Made by a program: the position numbers and the translations under genes. From the NCBI GenBank assembly GCA_050692555.1, contig JBOGVS010000002.1, positions 50,651-114,650 of the forward strand: a DNA stretch of 64,000 bases, read 5' to 3'. Below are positions 9,964-17,913 of this stretch, in pieces. This stretch comes from Actinomycetota bacterium (GTDB lineage Bacteria; Actinomycetota; UBA4738; CALAEC01). Position 1 is the stretch's first letter; each line of letters starts with the position of its first letter. Below the pieces are notes generated by a model. That model was given only the letters and a program-made list of their open reading frames with translations. It made no database searches and had not been told where the DNA came from.

Positions 9964-10018
9964 GGTTGGGGGCCCCCGGCGATCGCAGCGAGCGAAGCGA
10001 GCGAGATCGTTGGGGTTT
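9964..10018 (-). repeat. About 55-nt conserved intergenic element, copy A. Sense sequence: AAAACCCCAACGATCTCGCTCGCTTCGCTCGCTGCGATCGCCGGGGGCCCCCAACC
   Basis: It fills the entire coaX-stop to lysS-ATG gap. A near-identical copy (about 90% identity) lies at 59544..59596 in sense orientation between the two trkA genes. It contains TCGCT tandem pentamers and a GGGGGCCCCC palindrome. Confidence 0.6.
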
Positions 10019-10786
10019 TCATTCGGCGTTCTTCTCGTAGACCAGGCGCAGCCCCTCCAGGGTGAGCCACGGCTCGTGGTGGTCGATGGAGCGACACTCA
10101 GCGATCACCATGGGCGCCAGGCCGCCGGTGGCGATCACGGTCGGCGAGCCGAGCTCCTTCGAGATCCGTTCCACCATGCCGTCGATCATCGAGGCGTAGC
10201 CGAATACCAACCCGGACTGCACGCTCTCAACGGTGTTCTTGCCGATCACCGAGCTGGGGGCGGCCAGCTCCACCAGCGGAAGGAGGGCCGTGTGATCGAA
10301 CAGGGCCCTGGCCGCCAGCTGGACCCCTGGGGCGATCGCTCCGCCCAGGTACTCGCCCTTCTCCGATACCACGTCGAAGGTGGTGGCCGTGCCGAAGTCC
10401 ACCACGATCGCCGGGCCGCCGTACCCGTCGAACGCCGCCAATGCGTTGACGATCCGGTCGGCGCCGACCTCCTTGGGGTTGTCGGTGGCCACGTGCACAC
10501 CGGTCTTCACTCCGGGTTCCACCACCACCGCCGGGAACCGAAAGTACCGGCTGACCATCTCTCGCATCGCCTGCGTGGACGAGGGGACGACGCTGGACAG
10601 CACCACTCCGGTCACGTTGCGGTCGAACGACAGGCCCTGTTGCTGGAGGAACCCTCCGAACAGGAGGGCCAGCTCGTCCGCGGTGCGCTCGGGCTCGGTG
10701 GCCATCCGCCACCGCCACGCCAGCTCGGCGTCGCGGAACACTCCCACCACCGTCTCGGTGTTCCCGATGTCGACCGCCAGGAGCAT
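10019..10786 (-). CDS. coaX: Type III pantothenate kinase
   Basis: MLLAVDIGNTETVVGVF (DIGNT motif) with the Bvg accessory factor/CoaX fold throughout. Confidence 0.9.
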   Translation of the reverse strand: MLLAVDIGNTETVVGVFRDAELAWRWRMATEPERTADELALLFGGFLQQQGLSFDRNVTGVVLSSVVPSSTQAMREMVSRYFRFPAVVVEPGVKTGVHVATDNPKEVGADRIVNALAAFDGYGGPAIVVDFGTATTFDVVSEKGEYLGGAIAPGVQLAARALFDHTALLPLVELAAPSSVIGKNTVESVQSGLVFGYASMIDGMVERISKELGSPTVIATGGLAPMVIAECRSIDHHEPWLTLEGLRLVYEKNAE

Positions 10787-11275
10787 CTACGCCTCCACCT
10801 CGATCGCGAAGTCGACGCCATTCTGACCTGTGGCCACCGGGGCGGGCGCCGGTTGGCTCCGGAGGGCCGCGGCGTGCTCTCCGATCTGAAGGGCGTAGTC
10901 GGCCAGGTCGGGTGGCAGGTTCGAACGCTCGGGACGGTCACCACGAGTGGCCAGCCTGGACATCTCGCTGAGGAACCGGAGGGCGGTTCCGCCCGCAGCT
11001 TCGATGGCCCGAACCGGACCGCCCACCTCCGCGATCCGCTCCCCGGGCCGGACCACGTCACCGTCCCGGCGGACCTCCCGCATCCGGACACCCACTCTGG
11101 ATAGGGTCTCCCGGGCCACGGCCAGGCCGGCCACCACGCCGTGTGACTGAGCCACCACCTGCCCGCGGCCGGTGGCCGCCTCGTCGGCACCGGCGTCCGG
11201 CCGCCAGTCTCGGAGATCCTCCTGGAGGGCCGGGACCACCGCCCGAAGGATCTGGACCCGGTCGAGCTCCCTCAC
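10787..11275 (-). CDS. Quinolinate phosphoribosyltransferase (NadC) N-terminal-domain-only ORF (truncated nadC remnant), 162 aa
   Basis: The GTG start overlaps the panC stop as GTGA, and the TAG stop abuts the coaX ATG. The sequence VRELDRVQILRAVVPALQEDL...HGVVAGLAVARE...DGDVVRPGERIAEVGGPVRAIEAAGGTALRFLSEMSRLAT aligns with residues about 10-120 of E. coli NadC. No TIM-barrel catalytic domain is present in any frame. Confidence 0.5.
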   Translation of the reverse strand: MRELDRVQILRAVVPALQEDLRDWRPDAGADEAATGRGQVVAQSHGVVAGLAVARETLSRVGVRMREVRRDGDVVRPGERIAEVGGPVRAIEAAGGTALRFLSEMSRLATRGDRPERSNLPPDLADYALQIGEHAAALRSQPAPAPVATGQNGVDFAIEVEA

Positions 11276-12123
11276 GCCGGCTCCAGCCGGAGGTTGTCGA
11301 TGAGCCGAGCCGGGCCCACCCGGGCGGCGACCAACGCCCGCACAGGGCCGTCGATCGTGGCGACCTCCTCGAAGGTCCGGTCGTCCACCACCGCCACGTA
11401 GTCGATCCGAGCCAGGGGCTCCGCCCCGATCCGCTTGGCCATCTCGGCCTTCACCGCCGCGGCGTCTCGCTCTCCTCCCTCCACCAGCCAGGCCGCCCGG
11501 GCCAGGGCCTCGTACAGACACGTGGCGGCCCGGCGTTCCTCCTCCGGCAGGTAGGCGTTGCGGGAGGACATCGCCATGCCGTCCTCCTCCCGAACCGTGG
11601 GGCATCCCACCACCTCCACCGGCAGGTCAAGGTCGGCCACCATCCTCCTGATCACCGCGAGCTGCTGGGCGTCCTTCTCCCCGAAGTACGCTCGACAGGG
11701 GCCCACGATCCCGAACAGCTTGGCCACCACGGTGCACACGCCGTGGAAGTGGCCGGGCCTGGCGGCCCCCTCCAGCCGCTGTCCCAGCGGACCGGGATCC
11801 ACGGTGACCTGGGGCTTCCCATCGGGGTACATCTCCTGGGCGTCCGGCGCGAACACCAGGTCCACGCCCTCCTTCTCACAGATGGCCAGGTCTCGGTCCA
11901 TGTCGCGCGGGTACGAGGCCAGGTCCTCGGACGGGCCGAACTGGAGCGGGTTCACGAAGATCGAGGCGCCCACGAAGTCGGCGTCTTCTCGGGCTCGGGC
12001 CAGGAGCGAGGCGTGGCCCCCGTGGAGAGCTCCCATCGTGGGGACGAACCCGACCGTGGCTCCCTCGGCCCGGGCTCCCTCGCAGGCCTCGGCGAACCCG
12101 GCCCGGTCGCCGGTCAGCTCCAT
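11272..12123 (-). CDS. panC: Pantoate--beta-alanine ligase
   Basis: VPTMGALHGGHASLL and the HIGH-like nucleotidyl-transferase motifs (FVNPLQFGPSEDL, SSRN). Confidence 0.95.
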   Translation of the reverse strand: MELTGDRAGFAEACEGARAEGATVGFVPTMGALHGGHASLLARAREDADFVGASIFVNPLQFGPSEDLASYPRDMDRDLAICEKEGVDLVFAPDAQEMYPDGKPQVTVDPGPLGQRLEGAARPGHFHGVCTVVAKLFGIVGPCRAYFGEKDAQQLAVIRRMVADLDLPVEVVGCPTVREEDGMAMSSRNAYLPEEERRAATCLYEALARAAWLVEGGERDAAAVKAEMAKRIGAEPLARIDYVAVVDDRTFEEVATIDGPVRALVAARVGPARLIDNLRLEPA

Positions 12124-12971
12124 TCGGCGAGCACCTCCTCGACGTCCCTCCTGGCCCGCTCATCCAGGTGGGGCGCGGCCAGGTCGAGGGCCGCGCGGGC
12201 CAGGGCCACGTACGCGGGCAAGGTGTCCGCGGCGTGTCGGGAGAGCGCCTCGAGGTTCCGCCGGACGGTTCCGGCGTCCCCCCGGGCCACGGGGCCGGTC
12301 AGCGCGGCCGCCGGGCCCAGTCGCAAGGTGTTGGCCATGGCGGCCTCGGCCAGCGGGGCGAACATGGGGACCGGATCCTCCAGGCCCGCCAGGCGGAACA
12401 GTCGCTCCGCCACCCCTTCCACGACCGCGACGTAGTTCGAGCAGAACACCGCGGCGGCGTGATACAGGGGACGGTCTTCCTCGGACAGCCTGAACGGCCG
12501 GGCGCCCACGTCGCCGGCCAGGCGCTCTCCCACCGTGAACGCCTCCTCTTCCCACGCGGTGACCGCCACGTGGCTCCCGGGCAGGCGGTCGATCCCGGCC
12601 TCGACGTCGGGGAAGGTCTGGAGGGGGTGCAGCACAAGGACCTCTGCGCCCGCTCCGCGGGCCGGGCCCAGGGCCAGGAGCGGCGTCGAGCCCGAGGGAT
12701 GGATCACGGACTGGTCATCGCGGAACGCGCCCCCGGCGGCCAGGTCGGCGCACACCGGGGCGACGGCGTCGTCGGGAAGGGCCAAGAGCACGGCCTGCCC
12801 CGCGCGCGCGGCATCCGAGGGCGGAACGAAAGGAGCGTGTGGGAGGAACCGCGCGGCTCTGGCTCTGGTGTCCTCGCGGCCGGAAACCGCCACGATCCGA
12901 TGCCCGGCCCGCTCGAGGAGTGCCGCGAACGCGGTCCCGACCCTGCCCGCCCCTACGACCGCGACGTCCAT
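12114..12971 (-). CDS. Rossmann-fold / DUF2520 protein (putative ketopantoate-reductase-like)
   Basis: MDVAVVGAGRVGTAFAALLERAGHRIVAVSGR dinucleotide fold with a DUF2520-like C-terminus. It overlaps the panC start by 10 nt, in the same position as mycobacterial Rv3603c-type genes. Confidence 0.75.
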   Translation of the reverse strand: MDVAVVGAGRVGTAFAALLERAGHRIVAVSGREDTRARAARFLPHAPFVPPSDAARAGQAVLLALPDDAVAPVCADLAAGGAFRDDQSVIHPSGSTPLLALGPARGAGAEVLVLHPLQTFPDVEAGIDRLPGSHVAVTAWEEEAFTVGERLAGDVGARPFRLSEEDRPLYHAAAVFCSNYVAVVEGVAERLFRLAGLEDPVPMFAPLAEAAMANTLRLGPAAALTGPVARGDAGTVRRNLEALSRHAADTLPAYVALARAALDLAAPHLDERARRDVEEVLAEWS

Positions 12972-12984
12972 GGGGTCGTGCGGG

Positions 12985-13503
12985 TCACGCCGGCGAGTAT
13001 ACGTCGCCCCCCTGGACCAGCGGCGGAGCGAAGGGACGGACGACGCCGAGGGCCAGCGGTCCGAGCCGCAACCCGGCGATCCGCCGACCCCCGGGCAGCT
13101 GCGGGTCGGCGTCGAGCTCGAGGAGCGGGATCAGCACGAATCCCCGTTCGTGCATCCGGGGATGGGGGACGGTGAGCCCCGGCTCGTCGATCTCCTGGTC
13201 CCCGAAGGTGAGCACGTCCACGTCGATCACCCGGGGACCCCACCGCTCCCCCCGGACCCGTCCCATGGCCTCTTCGACCTCCAGCCCGGTGTCGAGCAGC
13301 GCACGAGCCGAGATGCCCGTCTCCACCTCCACCACCGCGTTCAGGTAGTCCGGCTGGGACGGTCCCCCGACCGGGTCGGTCTCGTACACCCGCGAGGAGC
13401 GCACCGCCCAGACGCCTCGATCCGCCAGCATGGCCACCGCTCGCCGGAGGTTCTCCAGCCGGTCGCCGAGGTTGGACCCCAGCCCGAGGTACGCCCGGGT
13501 CAC
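12985..13503 (-). CDS. folK: 2-amino-4-hydroxy-6-hydroxymethyldihydropteridine pyrophosphokinase (HPPK)
   Basis: AYLGLGSNLGDR...VYETDPVGGPSQPDYLNAVVEVET...IDVDVLTFGD...VPHPRMHERGFVLIPL. Confidence 0.9.
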   Translation of the reverse strand: MTRAYLGLGSNLGDRLENLRRAVAMLADRGVWAVRSSRVYETDPVGGPSQPDYLNAVVEVETGISARALLDTGLEVEEAMGRVRGERWGPRVIDVDVLTFGDQEIDEPGLTVPHPRMHERGFVLIPLLELDADPQLPGGRRIAGLRLGPLALGVVRPFAPPLVQGGDVYSPA

Positions 13504-13847
13504 GAAGGGGCCGATGCCTCCGCGGACACGTCCTCGAGTCCCAGACGCGTCGCCGCCTCCGGTTTGTGCACCACGACCCTGCAGGAGCGGACGCCGGTGA
13601 GGCCGGCCACGGTGTGGGCCAGCCGTTCGGCGATGGTTTCGATGATCGCGTGGGACTCCGCCTCGATGAGGCCGCGGACGGCGGCCGTCGCTTCCCGGTA
13701 GTCGGCGGTGGTGGTCAGATCGTCCCCCTGCGCGTCCACCTCGATCTCCAGGTCCACCACGAACGGCTGGGGGCGATCACGTTCCCCCGCCCGCGCGCCG
13801 TGCCGTCCCTCGGCCCGGATCCCGGTGAGGCGCAGGACCTGCGGCAC
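13500..13847 (-). CDS. folB: Dihydroneopterin aldolase
   Basis: VLRLTGIRAEGRHGARAGERDRPQPFVVDLEI...DYREATAAVRGLIE is the FolB tunnelling fold. It has a 4-nt overlap with folK. Confidence 0.85.
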   Translation of the reverse strand: MPQVLRLTGIRAEGRHGARAGERDRPQPFVVDLEIEVDAQGDDLTTTADYREATAAVRGLIEAESHAIIETIAERLAHTVAGLTGVRSCRVVVHKPEAATRLGLEDVSAEASAPS

Positions 13848-14324
13848 TCAGGCCTCCCGGGCTCGCTTCGCCGCCCGGCGGGCCAGCGCGTCGGGGATCT
13901 TCCGGAAGTCCCAGGAGGCGATGCGTTCCGGCGTCAGGCGAAACCACCGCCGACGCTTCCACTTCTTGTACGGTGACTCGTTCCCGCCGAGGTACTTCTT
14001 CGACTGCGCGCGCTCCACTTCGGGAAGAAGAGGATCGTCCTCGGCGAGGGTCACCGTTCCGGTGACCACCACCCCACGGAGCACCTCGTATTCCTCACCG
14101 TCGTCCACCACCGCCGCGGCCTGCCCCTCTCGGAGCAGGTTCTCCACGGTCGGGTTGCCCAGGGTGGAGTTGAAGAACATAGAGCCCTCGTGCCACACGT
14201 ACCAGAGCGGAACGACGTGTGGGGTGCCGTCGGGGCCGACCGTGGCCACCCGGACGGTCCGCCGTTCGCGGAGAAAGGCATCGATCTCCTCATCCGTGAG
14301 GTCGATGTCCAGCTTCCTACCCAT
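13848..14324 (-). CDS. Pyridoxamine 5'-phosphate oxidase family protein (PPOX class, F420/FMN-binding split barrel)
   Basis: LRERRTVRVATVGPDGTPHVVPLWYVWHEGSMFF... is typical of PNPOx-like F420-dependent enzymes. It is embedded inside the fol operon. Confidence 0.7.
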   Translation of the reverse strand: MGRKLDIDLTDEEIDAFLRERRTVRVATVGPDGTPHVVPLWYVWHEGSMFFNSTLGNPTVENLLREGQAAAVVDDGEEYEVLRGVVVTGTVTLAEDDPLLPEVERAQSKKYLGGNESPYKKWKRRRWFRLTPERIASWDFRKIPDALARRAAKRAREA

Positions 14325-15210
14325 CCTCCGGCTCCGGCCGCTCGAACGAAACCCCCAGGTCGACCGGCACCGGCCCGCCGTGGCCGTGCCGCTCCCCCAG
14401 GTAGTGGACCTTGAGGTACTCCGAGATCAGGGGGGCCACCGTCTCCGCGGCGTCGTCGAGGACGAAGTGGGAGCATCCCGGGAGCACGGCGACGGTGGCC
14501 CCCGGCAGGGCCTCGCCCAGCCGGTCGGCGATGTCCGAGGGCTGGAACGGATCGTCCTCCCCCCATACGACCAGCGTTCGGGTGTCGAGCTCCGCCATGC
14601 GGTCCTCGGTGCCCAGCAGGCCGATGCCGTCGATCCCCCGGGCGGCCCGCACCAGCGCCGGCGGATCCGCCCGCCAGGGCCGGACGTACTCCTGGAGATC
14701 TTCGTCGGCCAGACGGTCCCGGCGACCCATCCCCAGATCGAAGGTCAGTCCCACCACACCTTCCGCGAAGTCCGTGGTGGTCTGCTCGGGGGTGGCCTCC
14801 TGGAGCATCCGGACCCCCTCGATCGGCCAGGTGTCGAAGGCGATCGAGTCCAGCAGGGCCATGGTCCGGACACCACCCTCGAGGGCCAGGATCTGGGCCA
14901 CCCCACCGCCGATGTCGTGGCCGACGACTGCGAACTCATCCACGCCGAGGGCCTCGAGGAGCTCTCGCACGTAGCCGGCCTGAGCCCGGATGGTCAACGC
15001 CGAAGCGTCCTCGGGCTTGTCCGAGTCCCCGTAACCCAGAAGGTCCGGGGCGATGGCCCGGAATCGCGGAGCCAGGATGGGAACCAGGTCCCGCCACAGG
15101 TGCGAGGAGGTGGGGAACCCATGCAGGAGAAGGACTCCGGGTCCGTCACCCTCGTCCGCGACGGCCATCTCACCGCCGGAGACCGCCACCCGCTTCTTGT
15201 CCAGGATCAT
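14317..15210 (-). CDS. Alpha/beta-fold hydrolase
   Basis: PGVLLLHGFPTSSHLWRDL...VVGHDIGGGVAQ (nucleophile elbow GHDIG)...VVWGEDDPF...CSHFV. The ATG overlaps the folP stop (ATGA) and the 3' end overlaps the PNPOx-like start by 8 nt. Confidence 0.8.
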   Translation of the reverse strand: MILDKKRVAVSGGEMAVADEGDGPGVLLLHGFPTSSHLWRDLVPILAPRFRAIAPDLLGYGDSDKPEDASALTIRAQAGYVRELLEALGVDEFAVVGHDIGGGVAQILALEGGVRTMALLDSIAFDTWPIEGVRMLQEATPEQTTTDFAEGVVGLTFDLGMGRRDRLADEDLQEYVRPWRADPPALVRAARGIDGIGLLGTEDRMAELDTRTLVVWGEDDPFQPSDIADRLGEALPGATVAVLPGCSHFVLDDAAETVAPLISEYLKVHYLGERHGHGGPVPVDLGVSFERPEPEDG

Positions 15211-16055
15211 CTTCCCAGCCGGATGGCGTCCACCACTCGCAGCAGCCGGACCATCGGCTCGACGTCGTGGACCCGGATCACGTGGGCGCCCCGAGCGGCC
15301 ACGTAGGCCACCGCCCCCGCGGTGCCTTCCAGCCGCTGGTCGACGGGCAGGTCCCCCAGGGCCGTGCCGATGAAGGACTTCCTCGACGGGCCCACCACCA
15401 CCGGGACCCCCAGGTCGAGGAACGCGTCGATCTCCCGCATGAGCCGGAGGTTGTGCTCGTAGGTCTTCCCGAACCCCAGCCCGGGGTCGACGGCAAGACG
15501 GTCCCGGTCGATCCCGGCGTGCACCGCAGCCTCGAGGCGTTCGGCCAGAAACCCGTGGATGTCCCCGACCACGTCGTCGTACCGGGGCTCGCGCTGCATG
15601 GTCTTCGGCTCCCCAAGCATGTGCATGAGGACCAATCCCGCCGCGGTCTCCCGGACCACTCCGAACATCTCTGGATCGCGCCCCGCGGTGACGTCGTTGA
15701 CCGCCACCGCCCCGGCGTCGAGCGCCGCGGCGGCCACCTCGGACTTCCGGGTGTCCACCGATACCGGGACGTCCACCTCCGCGGCCAGTCGCTTGATCAC
15801 CGGGACCACCCGGTCGAGCTCCTCGGTGGCGGGGACGGTCTCGGACCCCGGGCGGGTGGATTCCCCGCCGACGTCGAGCACGTCGGCGCCCTCCTCGGCC
15901 AGTCGAAGCCCGTGGCTCACCGCGTCCTCGGGGTCGAGGAACCGCCCACCGTCGGAGAAGGAATCGGGGGTCACGTTGACCACGCCCATGACCAGGGTCC
16001 GGTCTCCCCAGTGCAGGACGCGCTTTCCCAGCCTCCATCGAAGGGTGTCGGTCAT
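15207..16055 (-). CDS. folP: Dihydropteroate synthase
   Basis: VMGVVNVTPDSFSDGG...DVGGESTRPG...VDTRKSEVAAAAL...GLGFGKT (pterin-binding TIM barrel). Confidence 0.95.
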   Translation of the reverse strand: MTDTLRWRLGKRVLHWGDRTLVMGVVNVTPDSFSDGGRFLDPEDAVSHGLRLAEEGADVLDVGGESTRPGSETVPATEELDRVVPVIKRLAAEVDVPVSVDTRKSEVAAAALDAGAVAVNDVTAGRDPEMFGVVRETAAGLVLMHMLGEPKTMQREPRYDDVVGDIHGFLAERLEAAVHAGIDRDRLAVDPGLGFGKTYEHNLRLMREIDAFLDLGVPVVVGPSRKSFIGTALGDLPVDQRLEGTAGAVAYVAARGAHVIRVHDVEPMVRLLRVVDAIRLGR

Positions 16056-16135
16056 CCCTTCAAGGGTAGCCGCCGACCTGGATCGCCGTGGAACCTCACG
16101 GGCGGTTCAGGCGTCTTCCCGACTGGAGGCGCGGC

Positions 16136-16651
16136 ATGATACGGACCCAGACCAGGGAGGCGACGTTGTCCGAAGGGGGACGCCTCGGCGAGCTGTACGA
16201 GGCCCACGCGCCGGACGCCGCTCGCCTGGCGTATCTGCTCACCGGCGACCGGTCTTTGGCCGAGGACCTGGTTCAGGAAGCCTTCGTCCGGCTGTTCGGA
16301 CGATTCCGGGACATCCGGAACCCCGAGGCATTCCCCGCCTACCTCCGGACGACCGTGGTCAACCTGACCCGATCACACTTCCGGCGGAAGAAGGTGGAGC
16401 GGGCCTACCTCGAGCGCGAGGGTCGAGCCGACACCCGGGGCCCGGGACCCGAGCCCGGAGGCGAGCAGGAGATGTGGGACGCGTTGCAGCGGCTGTCCCC
16501 TCGCCAGCGGGCCGCCATCGTGCTGCGGTTCTACGAAGACCTCACCGAGGCCCAGACGGCCGACGTCTTGCGGTGTCCGGTAGGCACGGTGAAATCGCTG
16601 GTGTCACGGGGCATCGACCGATTGCGCGGGGAGCTGACGAGGAGTGAGTGA
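16136..16651 (+). CDS. ECF-subfamily RNA polymerase sigma-70 factor
   Basis: Sigma-70 region 2 (LAEDLVQEAFVRLF) and region 4 (LTEAQTADVLRCPVGTVKSLVSRG). The start was chosen at MIRTQ; the track ORF begins 16 codons upstream at 16088. Confidence 0.8.
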   Translation: MIRTQTREATLSEGGRLGELYEAHAPDAARLAYLLTGDRSLAEDLVQEAFVRLFGRFRDIRNPEAFPAYLRTTVVNLTRSHFRRKKVERAYLEREGRADTRGPGPEPGGEQEMWDALQRLSPRQRAAIVLRFYEDLTEAQTADVLRCPVGTVKSLVSRGIDRLRGELTRSE

Positions 16652-17909
16652 CGTGGACCGAGACGTTCGAACGCTGCTCGAGGAGAAGGCCGAAGAGATG
16701 CGACTCGATCCCCGGATCCCGGGCCGAGTCCTGAAGCGAGCCCGGCGGCGCCGAGTGGTCAGTGCCACCGTGGCCGGCGCGGTGACCCTGGCGGCGGCGG
16801 TGGGGTTTTACGCCGGCGCCCGGGCCCTGCTTGATGAGGCTCCCGGCCCTCCGCCAGACCGAGACGTACAGCCTGCAGGCCGCCCAGCATCTGCCCCGAT
16901 CTGGCCGAGCAGCGAGGAGGAGATCCGGGCCATCCAGTCGCAGGTGGCCGAGGGCCACATCCCCCTGTGGCTGTCTCCGGGGGGAGTGGCCCATATGTAC
17001 GCCGTCAACGTGCTGGGCTGGGACCCCGAGGATGTCGAAGTTCGGGTGCCCGGCGACGACCCGGTGACCGCGGTGATTGCAAACCCGACGATGTCCGAGG
17101 CAGCCGGGGTGGCCAGCGACGTTCGAACGGCCCTCACGTTGGCGCGCGTCCCCGACACCGAGGATGGTGTCTATGTCGTAGCGGAAGCGCACGCAGAATC
17201 CTTGGGACTCGAGAGTCCAACTCCGGGGGATCCGGTAGCTCCAGGCGGAACGGTCGTCTGGTCAGGAGCTCTCACGGGATCCTTCCCTAGGGTCGTGATT
17301 GACATCGAACTCGAGTGGGAGGGCGAGCTTGAGGGAGGGACCATTGGGAAGGAGCTGAGCCCCCCTGCGCAAGCGCGAATCATGCTGCCTGCAGGCGCCA
17401 CGACTGCCCCAAAAGCAACTGCCCGAATCCGAACAATATCGGGGCGGGTGCTAGCCATTACCCAGTTCCGCCTTTCCCTGAGCGCAGACGGTGAACAGCC
17501 AGTAACGGACGAAGTCGCCGCGACCCGCGATGGCCTTCGGGAAGCCGCCCAGCTGCGCGACTGGGAAACTCTCGAACGACTGATCCCGGACACCGGGTTC
17601 ACCCACAGCTACGGCGGGGACACGGACCCGATCGCCTACTGGCAGGACCTGGAGCAGGAGGGGGAACCGGTCCTCGACATCCTGGCCACCCTTCTAGAGC
17701 TGGCGCCCGAACAGTTCCGAGGGACGTACATCTGGCCGGCACCGGCGGCCGAGAGCGTCGAGGACTGGGACCAGAGCGACCTCGACGTCCTGCGATTGAC
17801 GAACTCCGATCGCGACATTCGCCTGTTCCAGAGGTACGGCCTGTACCTCGGCTGGCGGGTGGGGATCGAGCCCGACGGTACCTGGGTGTTCTTCGTCGCG
17901 GGAGACTGA
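16644..17909 (+). CDS. Putative anti-sigma factor: single-pass membrane protein with a large extracytoplasmic domain
   Basis: GTG start 8 nt inside the sigma gene. It has a short cytoplasmic N-terminus, one TM (VVSATVAGAVTLAAAVGFYAGA) and an extracytoplasmic domain of about 330 aa with no recognisable family. Confidence 0.5.
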   Translation: MSDVDRDVRTLLEEKAEEMRLDPRIPGRVLKRARRRRVVSATVAGAVTLAAAVGFYAGARALLDEAPGPPPDRDVQPAGRPASAPIWPSSEEEIRAIQSQVAEGHIPLWLSPGGVAHMYAVNVLGWDPEDVEVRVPGDDPVTAVIANPTMSEAAGVASDVRTALTLARVPDTEDGVYVVAEAHAESLGLESPTPGDPVAPGGTVVWSGALTGSFPRVVIDIELEWEGELEGGTIGKELSPPAQARIMLPAGATTAPKATARIRTISGRVLAITQFRLSLSADGEQPVTDEVAATRDGLREAAQLRDWETLERLIPDTGFTHSYGGDTDPIAYWQDLEQEGEPVLDILATLLELAPEQFRGTYIWPAPAAESVEDWDQSDLDVLRLTNSDRDIRLFQRYGLYLGWRVGIEPDGTWVFFVAGD

Positions 17910-17913
17910 GGGC

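Noticed and set aside
10787-11271. Expected panD (aspartate 1-decarboxylase) between panC and coaX
   Set aside because: None of the three minus frames contains the PanD GS(I/V)T(I/V)D pyruvoyl motif. The only clean ORF here is NadC-N-terminal-like, so panD is not called.
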